A model generated the notes under the pieces. That model worked only from the letters and a program-made list of their open reading frames with translations. It was not told the DNA's origin and did no database searches. Made by a program: the position numbers and the translations under genes. A stretch of 32,000 nucleotides of DNA from Gemmata obscuriglobus. Its GTDB lineage: Bacteria > Planctomycetota > Planctomycetia > Gemmatales > Gemmataceae. This document shows, piece by piece, positions 1-7,767 of the stretch. Where the stretch lies: contig NZ_CP042911.1 of NCBI RefSeq assembly GCF_008065095.1, positions 3,150,001 through 3,182,000 of the forward strand. The letters are read 5' to 3'. Each line of letters starts with the position of its first letter. Positions within the stretch are counted from its first letter, which is position 1.

Positions 1-45
1 AAGTAGCTTGGCGGTCCGACATCAGTTCCGCGGACGGCTGGGCGC

Positions 46-3000
46 TCACGGCGCCCCGCCGGTGATTTGCTTGGTGACCGCTTCGCTCGATGATTCGGTT
101 CTCGCTTCGGTCTGACCTCTCAGCTTCGTATCCGCCCCTTCCGTCAGCCACGCATCGTCCCAGAGTTCGTTCGTCCCGGTTCCGTCGCTCGCGCGCGGGA
201 CGTACACCTTCGACCCGAACAGCAGGAACACCGCCGGGGTCACCACCTGATCCATGACGGTGGAAGTGACGAGACCACCGATGACGACCACCGCGAGCGG
301 GTGAAGGATCTCTTTGCCCGGTTGCCCGGCGCCGAGCGCGAGCGGCACGAGCCCGATCACCGCGACGCCGGCCGTCATGAGCACCGGCGCGAGGCGCTCT
401 AGACTGCCCCGGACGATCACCGCCTCACCGAACGTCTCGCCTTCCTCCTTCATGAGGTGGATGTAGTGGGCGATCATCATGATGCCGTTCCGGGACACGA
501 TCCCAATGAGGGTGATGAACCCGACCCAGTGGGCCACCGAGAGCGTCGTCGCTTGCGCCCACACGGCGGGCCAGCGCCACCACGGCGCGGCGTCGAGGGC
601 GGCACGTTCCGGCCGGTTGAGCAGCAGCAGCGCGACAACGGCCCCGAGCGCCGCCAGCGGCACGTTCACCCCGAGCACCATGAGCGCGCCGCGCCACGAG
701 CCGAGGCAGCGGGTGAGGAGCACGAACACCCCGAACACCGCGAGCGTCCCGAGCACCAGGAGCCGCGTGTTCGCCTCCTGTTGCGCGCGGTACTGGCCGT
801 CGTCCTCAATGCGGTAGTCGGCACCCTTCGCGCGGAGCGCTTGCTCGACGGGCTTCACGGCCCGCTGGATGTCGGCGACCACGTCCCCGAGGCTTCGCCC
901 CTGGATGTTACAGGACACGACGATGCGGCGGGCGATGTTCTCGTGGTTGAGTGTGTTGGGGCCGGTGGTGTCGGCCACCTCGGCCACCTGGTCGAGCGCC
1001 ACCCGGCGGCCCGACGGCGTGTCGAGGATGGTACTCCCGATGACCGCCGGCGCGTTTCGGGCCGCGTCGTCGTACCAGACGACGAGGTCGAAGAAGCGCT
1101 CCCGGTCGAGCACCGTAGAGACCGCGCGGCCCTTGTAGGCGGTTTCCAGCAACCGGGCGACGTCGCCGGGGGCGAGGCCGTACCGGGCGGCCTCCTGGCG
1201 CTTCACCCGGAGCCGCACCTGCGAGATTTCCACCTGCGGTTCGACCTGTAGGTCCACCACGCCGGGGACGCCGCGCATCGCCGCCTCAATGTCCCCGGCC
1301 GCCGCCCGGAGTTCCTGGAGGTCGGGACCGAACACCTTCACCGCCACCTGCGCGCGAACGCCGCTCATGACGTGGTCGAGGCGGTGACTGATGGGCTGGC
1401 CCACGTTGGGCTTCACGTTCGGGATGCTGCTGACGCGGTCGCGGATGTCGGCCAGAACGGCTTCGTGCGGTCGGCCGGCCGTATCAATGCCCGACCGGTG
1501 TAGGCCGGGGACCGCGCGGGCCGCCGCGGCCCAGAACCCCGGCCGGGGCTGCTCGTGCGGGGCCAGTCGCACATCGAGTTCGGAGACGTTCACCCCTTCG
1601 GCGTGCTCGTCCTGCTCGGCGCGCCCGGTGCGCCGGGACACCGACACCACCTCGGGGATCTCGAGCAACCGGCCCTCGGCCAGTGCCGCCACGCGGCCGC
1701 TCTCGGCGAGGCTGGTGCCCGGCGGGGTCTGGAGGTTCACCGTGACGGTGCCCTCGTTGAACGGCGGGAGAAATTCCGATCCCATCCCGAACACGAACGC
1801 GGCGCTCGCCAGTGACAGCAGCAGCGACGCCGCGAGGATCGGCCGGGGGTGTCGGAGCGTGAACCGGAGCAGCCGCGCGTCGAGCCACTTGAGCGCACGC
1901 AGGAGGAGCGGGTCGCGGTGCTTCCGCGCTGGCCCACGGGCCAGCAAGAACGACGACAGCACCGGCGTCACCGTGAGCGACACCGCCAGGGACGCCAGGA
2001 GCGACACGAGGTACGCGAGCCCGAGCGGCGCGAACATGCGGCCTTCGAGACCCGAAAGCGCGAACAGCGGGAGCACCACGAGGCACACCACGAGCGTCGC
2101 GTAGACGATGGAGTTCCGCACCTCACTGGACGCCTTGAAAATCACCTTGAGCGAAGGCTCGGGGCGCTCCCGTGCGCGGTTCTCGTTCAGCCGGCGGAAG
2201 ATGTTCTCCACGTCCACGATGGCGTCATCGACCAGTTCGCCCACGGCGACCGCGAGGCCGCCGAGCGTCATGGTGTTAACGGTCGCGCCGAAGGTGCCGA
2301 ATACGAGTACCGTCACCAGGACCGAAAGCGGGATCGCCGTGAGTGTGATGACACTGGTCCGCACGCTCGCCAGGAACAGGACCAGCACCACGAACACCCA
2401 GATGGTGCCGTCCCGGATGGCCTCAATGACGTTGTCAACGGCGGTGCGAATGAAGTCCGCCTGGCGGAACACGCGGGACTCGATCACCGTGCCGGGCGGG
2501 GCGTCCTCCCGGAGGTCCGCGAGCGCCTGATCGAGTTTCGGGGTGAGGTCGAGGGTGTTCGCGCTCGGCTGCTTCTGAACCGCAAGGATGACGGCGGGGC
2601 CGCCGGTCACGGCGGCGCCCTCTTTGACCCGGACGCTGCCGTCGCCGCGGCGCACCGGCCCGGAGAACCGCACGTCGGCCACGTCCCGCACCCGGATGGC
2701 GCGGTTGTCGCGCCACACGACGGGCGTGTCCTCGATCTCGTCCGGGGTGAGGCTCTGCCCGCTGATGCGGATGAGCGACTCCTTCGGCCCGCGCTCCATC
2801 ACCCCGCCGCCCGCGAGTACGTTCGCCTTCCGGGCCGCCTCGGTCAGTTGCTCGAGGGTCACGTTCTGGGCCGCGAGCCGCTCGGGCGCCGTGACGACCT
2901 GGTACTGCTTCAGGTGCCCGCCCATCACCGTCACCTGCGACACACCGTCCACGGCGAGGAGCCGGTTCCGCACGGCGAACTCGCCGAACGTCCTCAACTC

Positions 3001-3483
3001 CATCCCCTGTTGCAGCCGTTCGGCGTCGGTCGCGGGGGACTGGGCCGGCCGCAAACCCACGAGCATCACCTCGCCCATGATGGAGGAGATCGGGGCCATG
3101 ACCGGGTTCACCCCCTCGGGGAGCCGGGACCGGACGAGCTGGAGCCGCTCGGAGACGATCTGGCGGTCGCGGTAGATGTCCGTGCCCCAGTCGAACTCGA
3201 CCCACACGACGGACAGCCCGATGCCCGACGCCGAGCGCACGCGCCGCACGTCCGTCGAGCCGTTCAGTTGGTACTCGAGCGGGCGGGTGACGAGCGATTC
3301 CACCTCTTCGGGCGCGAGGCCCGGGGCCTCGGTCAGTACCGTCACCGTGGGGCGGTTCAGGTCCGGGAACACATCGACCGGCGTGCGCGCGAGCTGGTAC
3401 GCCCCCGCCGCCGCGACCGCGACCGCGCACAGCAGCACCAGGAACCGGTTCTTGAGCGAGAGCGCGATCACGCGGTCGAGCAC
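46..3483 (-). CDS. Heavy-metal efflux RND permease, CusA/CzcA (HME-RND) family, 1145 aa
   Basis: Full-length ORF. The N-terminus MLDRVIALSLKNRFLVLL...TPVDVFPDLNRPTVTVLTEAPGLAPEEVE is the canonical CusA/CzcA start. Large periplasmic loops alternate with hydrophobic TM clusters. GTG start at 3483 is preceded by GAAGGGGA about 8 nt upstream. A hydrophilic C-terminal tail of roughly 90 aa follows the last TM segment. Confidence 0.93.
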   Translation of the reverse strand: MLDRVIALSLKNRFLVLLCAVAVAAAGAYQLARTPVDVFPDLNRPTVTVLTEAPGLAPEEVESLVTRPLEYQLNGSTDVRRVRSASGIGLSVVWVEFDWGTDIYRDRQIVSERLQLVRSRLPEGVNPVMAPISSIMGEVMLVGLRPAQSPATDAERLQQGMELRTFGEFAVRNRLLAVDGVSQVTVMGGHLKQYQVVTAPERLAAQNVTLEQLTEAARKANVLAGGGVMERGPKESLIRISGQSLTPDEIEDTPVVWRDNRAIRVRDVADVRFSGPVRRGDGSVRVKEGAAVTGGPAVILAVQKQPSANTLDLTPKLDQALADLREDAPPGTVIESRVFRQADFIRTAVDNVIEAIRDGTIWVFVVLVLFLASVRTSVITLTAIPLSVLVTVLVFGTFGATVNTMTLGGLAVAVGELVDDAIVDVENIFRRLNENRARERPEPSLKVIFKASSEVRNSIVYATLVVCLVVLPLFALSGLEGRMFAPLGLAYLVSLLASLAVSLTVTPVLSSFLLARGPARKHRDPLLLRALKWLDARLLRFTLRHPRPILAASLLLSLASAAFVFGMGSEFLPPFNEGTVTVNLQTPPGTSLAESGRVAALAEGRLLEIPEVVSVSRRTGRAEQDEHAEGVNVSELDVRLAPHEQPRPGFWAAAARAVPGLHRSGIDTAGRPHEAVLADIRDRVSSIPNVKPNVGQPISHRLDHVMSGVRAQVAVKVFGPDLQELRAAAGDIEAAMRGVPGVVDLQVEPQVEISQVRLRVKRQEAARYGLAPGDVARLLETAYKGRAVSTVLDRERFFDLVVWYDDAARNAPAVIGSTILDTPSGRRVALDQVAEVADTTGPNTLNHENIARRIVVSCNIQGRSLGDVVADIQRAVKPVEQALRAKGADYRIEDDGQYRAQQEANTRLLVLGTLAVFGVFVLLTRCLGSWRGALMVLGVNVPLAALGAVVALLLLNRPERAALDAAPWWRWPAVWAQATTLSVAHWVGFITLIGIVSRNGIMMIAHYIHLMKEEGETFGEAVIVRGSLERLAPVLMTAGVAVIGLVPLALGAGQPGKEILHPLAVVVIGGLVTSTVMDQVVTPAVFLLFGSKVYVPRASDGTGTNELWDDAWLTEGADTKLRGQTEARTESSSEAVTKQITGGAP

Positions 3484-3625
3484 GGACGGGTCCCCTTCGC
3501 TTCGTGGAGTGTCAGGTCGTAAGGTCGTACCACTTGAGATCGCCAGAGCCCATGCGATACGACTTCGACGGTGGCGGAACGGGCGGCGGTGACTTCGTTT
3601 CGGCCCACGCGGTCACGCGTTTATG

Positions 3626-3720
3626 AAGGCAATTTTTGACAGGATCGACAGGATAAACAGGATTTAGAATTGAGCTGTCTTCATCCTGTTTATCCTGTCG
3701 ATCCTGTCAAAAATTGCCTT
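3626..3720. repeat. Perfect 38-bp inverted repeat with a 19-nt spacer; each arm holds three 9-bp tandem units (GACAGGATc GACAGGATa AACAGGAT). AT-rich island between the adaptor and pump genes
   Basis: Left arm 3626-3663 (AAGGCAATTTTTGACAGGATCGACAGGATAAACAGGAT) is the exact reverse complement of right arm 3683-3720, checked base by base. Loop is 3664-3682. Confidence 0.9.
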
Positions 3721-3813
3721 GGCTCCGTCACGTGTTACTGTCACATGGCGCTCGCTCCGCGCCCGCCGCGGCGCGGCGCGGAGTTCATTCCGCCGCGCGC
3801 TCTTACACTTGGG

Positions 3814-6069
3814 CTAGCGGAGCGACGCGAAGGCGGTCATGAGTTCGGCTGCGCCCGCGGTCGCGACCGGGTCGCCGGCCGCCAAGCCGCGCGTGACGGT
3901 CACGAATTGGTCGTCGGCCGGGCCGGTCGCGACCGCGCGGCGCTCGAACCGGCCGCCCGACTGCTGGACGAACACGAACGCGGTCGCACCGTCGGACACC
4001 ACGGCTGCCCGGGGCACACGAACGCCCGGCGGGCGGGCGCCCACCGTGACCGCCAGTGAGGCGAGCTGGTTGTGCCGGAGCGTGGCCCCCGATCGGTCTG
4101 AGAGTTCGACCCAGACGGAGAGGGTGCGGGCGTCAACCGTCACGTTCCGGGCGCTACGGACCACGGTCCCGGTGAGGACCGTTTCGGGGGCGGCGACGAG
4201 CCGCACCCGGACCGGCTGGCCGATGCGCACCCGGCCCACGTCGCGCTCGGAGAGGTAGCCGCGGACCTGGGGCCGCCGGAGGTCGTGAACCTCGAACAGC
4301 GGCTCGTGTGCGGCCACCGCCTGTCCCAACACCTTGTCGAATCCCACCACCGCGCCGGACAGCGGGGCGCGGACCGGCACGGTCGCGACCAGCTCGCGCT
4401 TCGCAACGACCCCCTCCACCTGTTCGGCGGTGAGGCCCGCGGTGGTGAGCTGGCGCCGGAGGGCGCCGGCCCGCGCGCGGAGCGTGGTGACCTGACTTTC
4501 GAGTTCCCACAGCCGCCGGGCCGCGACGCCCGGCGCGGTTTTCAGGGTTTTGAGGGTTTGAGCGGTCAGGGTCGCTTCAAGTTCGGTCCGAAGGAACTCC
4601 TGCTGGGTGGTGAGAAGCTCGGGGCTGAACACCTCTGCCAGCACCTCCCCGGCTCGCACCTCCTGGCCGCGATCGACGCGGATCGACCGGACGGTCCCCG
4701 CCAGTTGCGACGACGCCGAACCGCGGGCCGCCGGTTCGACCTCAACGGCCCCGTCCAGGACCGCCACCTCGTCGACCGGTCCCACGGCCGCCGGTTCCAC
4801 CCTCAGCCGCATCGTCCGGGTCGCCTCGGCGGAGGGGGCCAGGACCGTGGGCGCGAAGAACGGCCCGAGGAGCGTCGCGCCGCGCGTGACCACGCGGTCG
4901 CCCGGGTACACGGTGCCGGCGAGGAGTTCGACGGCACCGTTCTCTTCCCGCCCCGGGACGACGGGCACCCGCCGGTACTCCGACGACTGACCGGCGCGCG
5001 CCTCCTCAACCAGGACGAACCGTTCCGCACCTTCGCGCACGACGGCCGCGGCGGGCACGGCCGGCCGCGGCTTGTCGCCGGGCACAAGAACTCGAGCACT
5101 GCCCGCCATACCCGGCTGAAAGAGCGGCTCGCTGGAATCGGGGTTGGAAAGTTCTGCCCAGACCGTGAACACGTTCGTGGCCGGGTCCAGGGCCGGGCTT
5201 ACGGCTCGCACCTGCGTGCGGAACGAGCGGCCGGGGTAGGCCACGAGTTCCACTTCGACCGTTTGACCGATCTTCACCTTTCGGAGGTCCCGTTCCAGCA
5301 CGCCCACCTTGACCCACACCACGGAGAGATCCACCACCTCGGCCAGGTGCTCCGCCGGCTCGACCACCTTTCCCGCGGTGAGTTCGGCGTGGGCGATGAC
5401 CCCCGGCACCGGCGACACGACCGGGAGCGTGAGCCCGGGGCGCGGCGCCCCGGTGGCGAGCAGGTCGTCGAACTGGGACCGGGGCAGCCCGAGGCCCGCC
5501 CACCGCGCGCGGGTCACCTCGAGCGCGTTCCGGTTTTGGGCGTGCTTCGTTTCGGCGTCGAGCACCGCCTGGCCCGCGACGGCGCCGGCGTCGGCCGACT
5601 TCCCGAGTTCGGTGACGAGCTTTTCCGAGAGCCGGACCTCGCTCTGCGCGGTGAGCACGTCCTGCTGAAGGGCATCGAGTTCGGGGCTCTCGACCTCGGC
5701 CAGCACCTCTCCGGCCCGCACCGCTTGCCCCGGCACGACGTGGACCTTGACCACGCGCCCGGGCAGCACCGCGGTGGCGAAGCCGTGGTTCCGCCACGGG
5801 GCGACGACGCTGGCGTAGGCCAGCACCCGCTCGTCCAGCGTCCGAAGCTCGACGGGTTCGGTGGCGACATCAATGCTCTGCCGGGCGTCGTCCGTCAGCA
5901 GCAGGTGCCCGGTCACCGTGTCGGCCACCGCTCCTTTCGTGGGGAGCGGGGCGTGCCCTTCGTGTGCCGCGAGGAAGGTGGCCGCGACGGTGAGCAGAGC
6001 CCCGGCCGCCCAGCGGGCCTGGCGTGCGAACGTGGGCCACCCGGACGGCCGTTCGGAGTCACTCGACAT
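3814..6069 (-). CDS. Efflux RND periplasmic adaptor (MFP/HlyD family) with two complete tandem adaptor modules, about 751 aa
   Basis: Two lipoyl/hairpin signatures are present: GRVVKVHVVPGQAVRAGEVLAEVESPELDALQQDVL and GTVRSIRVDRGQEVRAGEVLAEVFSPELLTTQQEFL. Each is followed by a coiled-coil hairpin, a beta-barrel and a membrane-proximal segment. I prefer the ATG at 6069 (MSSDSERPSGW..., GAGTGAGGTG about 9 nt upstream) over the track's TTG at 6102. An N-terminal TM/signal segment is present (AAGALLTVAATFLAA). Confidence 0.88.
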   Translation of the reverse strand: MSSDSERPSGWPTFARQARWAAGALLTVAATFLAAHEGHAPLPTKGAVADTVTGHLLLTDDARQSIDVATEPVELRTLDERVLAYASVVAPWRNHGFATAVLPGRVVKVHVVPGQAVRAGEVLAEVESPELDALQQDVLTAQSEVRLSEKLVTELGKSADAGAVAGQAVLDAETKHAQNRNALEVTRARWAGLGLPRSQFDDLLATGAPRPGLTLPVVSPVPGVIAHAELTAGKVVEPAEHLAEVVDLSVVWVKVGVLERDLRKVKIGQTVEVELVAYPGRSFRTQVRAVSPALDPATNVFTVWAELSNPDSSEPLFQPGMAGSARVLVPGDKPRPAVPAAAVVREGAERFVLVEEARAGQSSEYRRVPVVPGREENGAVELLAGTVYPGDRVVTRGATLLGPFFAPTVLAPSAEATRTMRLRVEPAAVGPVDEVAVLDGAVEVEPAARGSASSQLAGTVRSIRVDRGQEVRAGEVLAEVFSPELLTTQQEFLRTELEATLTAQTLKTLKTAPGVAARRLWELESQVTTLRARAGALRRQLTTAGLTAEQVEGVVAKRELVATVPVRAPLSGAVVGFDKVLGQAVAAHEPLFEVHDLRRPQVRGYLSERDVGRVRIGQPVRVRLVAAPETVLTGTVVRSARNVTVDARTLSVWVELSDRSGATLRHNQLASLAVTVGARPPGVRVPRAAVVSDGATAFVFVQQSGGRFERRAVATGPADDQFVTVTRGLAAGDPVATAGAAELMTAFASLR

Positions 6070-6094
6070 TGCGGACACCTCACTCGGGGCCAAC

Positions 6095-6115
6095 AGTTCC
6101 AAGTTCCAAGTTCCA
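6095..6115. repeat. Tandem heptamer (AGTTCCA)x3, read as TGGAACT x3 on the coding strand, 26-46 nt upstream of the adaptor start codon
   Basis: Direct reading of 6095-6115. A further TTGGAAC copy lies at about 6173-6179. Confidence 0.8.
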
Positions 6116-6187
6116 AGCGGAGACCGGGCGCGAGTTAAACGCCGTTTGCTTTCGCGGCTCTGTTGTTTTGACTTGGAACCTGATGAA

Positions 6188-6216
6188 CCGGCGCGGGGGC
6201 ACTCGCCGCGCGCCGG
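6188..6216 (-). terminator. GC-rich hairpin (8-bp stem CCGGCGCG/CGCGCCGG, 13-nt loop) just after the YHS lipoprotein stop; possible intra-operon attenuator or terminator
   Basis: Stem arms 6188-6195 and 6209-6216 are exact complements. The hairpin lies 7 nt downstream of the stop at 6223. Only a weak U-tract follows on the minus strand (UUCAUCAGGUUCC). Confidence 0.3.
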
Positions 6217-6222
6217 GGCGGG

Positions 6223-7065
6223 TCACTTCTTCACGTACTCCGACGGGTCCTTGATCTCGGCCGGTTTCTCCTTGGCCGTGCTCAGGAACTCTTCGATGCA
6301 GGGGGTGCAGCAGAACTCGTACGTTTTGCCGCCGATCACCCAGGTGAACTTCGGATTGGCCGCGGTTCGCGAGACGGGGCAGATCTTCTGCCCCGGCGAC
6401 GGGTGCGCCTCGTGGGTGGGGCGGATGCCGCGGTACTTCACCGCCGGGATGGTGTCGCCGTTGGCCTTGATGTCGGCCGCGGTGTACAACCCGCCCGGCG
6501 TGAGGAACAGCTTCTGCTCCTCGGCGGTCGCCTTCTTCGCCGGCATCGCGTCGCCGTGCGCCTCGTTACCGAAGCCGATGCGGAATCGCTCGCCGCCCAC
6601 GTTGATGTTGTTGATGGTGATCTGCACCTTCTTGCCCGCGAGCCCCTCGGGCAGCGCCGCAACGAACAGCGAGGTCGTTCCCGCGGCGTCCCCTTGCTGC
6701 GGTTCGGGCTTAAACGCCACCGGGACCGCGTCGGTCGAGCCCTCGGGGGTGACGAACGCGCTCAAGGTCTGGGCCTCGACCTGTTGCACGCGGGTCTCTT
6801 CCTTGCCGAGCATGTAGAGGCGGACCTTGCCCCCCTTCTCGAACACGGCCTCGGCGTGGTAGCTGTCCTTGCCCAGCGCGACGATGATGCCGCCGTGTGC
6901 GCCCGGCTTGTGCGCGTGCTCGTCCCCTTTCGGTGCACCCGACTTCGTCTCACCACCTTGTGGGGCGGCCTTCTGGGTCGGAACGGGGGAATCGTTGCGG
7001 CACCCGACGACGAGAGCCACCGCCGGGACGACCAGCACGCCGAAAAGAACCCACTTACGGTTCAT
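6223..7065 (-). CDS. Periplasmic lipoprotein with His-rich N-terminal region and C-terminal YHS/TRASH-type metal-binding motif, 280 aa
   Basis: Start is at internal Met MNRKWVLFGVLVVPAVALVVGC, a signal peptide plus lipobox Cys, with GAGGAG about 7 nt upstream. His-rich stretch DEHAHKPGAHGG. The C-terminus ICPVSRTAANPKFTWVIGGKTYEFCCTPCIEEF matches the YHS pattern. Confidence 0.8.
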   Translation of the reverse strand: MNRKWVLFGVLVVPAVALVVGCRNDSPVPTQKAAPQGGETKSGAPKGDEHAHKPGAHGGIIVALGKDSYHAEAVFEKGGKVRLYMLGKEETRVQQVEAQTLSAFVTPEGSTDAVPVAFKPEPQQGDAAGTTSLFVAALPEGLAGKKVQITINNINVGGERFRIGFGNEAHGDAMPAKKATAEEQKLFLTPGGLYTAADIKANGDTIPAVKYRGIRPTHEAHPSPGQKICPVSRTAANPKFTWVIGGKTYEFCCTPCIEEFLSTAKEKPAEIKDPSEYVKK

Positions 7066-7287
7066 GGATAAACTCCTCAGAATCCGCAGAGCACCGGGAA
7101 CGACTCCGGGTGTGCGGACCTCGCACGTGAACGCGGAACGGGACGCGCCACAACACGCCGGGAACCGGCCAGTTATGACAACGAGGGTACGGCTAAACGG
7201 AGGCGGCACGCCGGGCGGCCCGGCGAATCGCTGCAGGGAACGGCGCACGCCCACGGGGCGCGGCGCAAGGTGAAAGGTGGCGAAACG

Positions 7288-7767
7288 CTAGCAGCGCAGA
7301 TTGTGATGCGCGTAAAGGATCTGATCAGCCGGTGAGGGCGCGTGCTCCGCGCGCCTGGGTGAAGGGTTCGTCGATGGCTCCGACACGGGCACCGTGAGCG
7401 CCAGCAAAACGAACGAAAGAGAGGCATCGAAACCGAGCGCACGCAGAAACTGGGACAGGTCCGTCTGTGCTACTTCGATGTGTGTCAGCTCCGCTTTTCC
7501 CGCCGCGTCTTTACACGGGCACTTCCCGCACGGTGCATCGGGCTTCGTCGGGGCCGGCGCCTTGTCGTGAGCCGGCTCCCGTGCGACACGTCTGTGCGCG
7601 CAGCACGCGTGGGGAGCGGACTCAACTGAGGCGTGTTGCACAACGGACGTTGAGGCGGGCGGTGACGCCGACGGGCGCGCCAACGTCTTCCCTGCCGAGC
7701 AGCAGCAGAGCATCGGCCCCACCGCCACGGCGAGAATCAGTTGGTACGTGAGCGCCGCGCGAAGCAT
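7288..7767 (-). CDS. Small Cys/His-rich putative membrane protein (159 aa), first gene of the metal-efflux locus; function unknown
   Basis: ATG at 7767 has GAGGG about 12 nt upstream. N-terminal hydrophobic segment carries a CCC motif (LILAVAVGPMLCCCSAG). Other Cys/His motifs are HACCAH and CGKCPCK. A second hydrophobic segment is SLSFVLLALTVPV. No family recognised. Confidence 0.55.
   Translation of the reverse strand: MLRAALTYQLILAVAVGPMLCCCSAGKTLARPSASPPASTSVVQHASVESAPHACCAHRRVAREPAHDKAPAPTKPDAPCGKCPCKDAAGKAELTHIEVAQTDLSQFLRALGFDASLSFVLLALTVPVSEPSTNPSPRRAEHAPSPADQILYAHHNLRC

Noticed and set aside
1-45. Possible start of a further minus-strand gene (ATG at 22-20, MSDRQAT...) just downstream of the pump gene
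   Set aside because: Only seven codons fall inside the window, which is too little to support a call.
1849-3522. 557-aa ORF on the plus strand opposite the RND pump, along with other plus-strand ORFs between 425 and 3592
   Set aside because: The translation is Arg/His/Glu/Pro-rich low complexity with no recognisable family. The opposite strand encodes a full-length, clearly recognisable CusA/CzcA protein. This is the usual long antisense ORF seen in GC-rich DNA.
3670-4059. 129-aa plus-strand ORF starting inside the loop of the 38-bp inverted repeat
   Set aside because: It has a TTG start in a hairpin loop, its first residues are simply the repeat arm translated, and the rest is antisense to the adaptor gene 3' end.
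4285-6138. 617-aa plus-strand ORF opposite the adaptor gene
   Set aside because: Same reasoning: Arg/Gly/His/Pro-rich junk translation, while the minus strand has clear MFP motifs twice over.
6223-7254. N-terminally extended versions of several track ORFs: 6223-7254, 11907-13541, 12722-14266, 16702-18864, 22552-24594, 24632-25546, 29210-31018
   Set aside because: In each case an internal Met gives a canonical N-terminus, such as a signal peptide, Rossmann motif, TM1 or family-typical start, often with an SD-like sequence or a 4-bp overlap with the upstream stop. The extension is low-complexity or overlaps a neighbouring gene or terminator.
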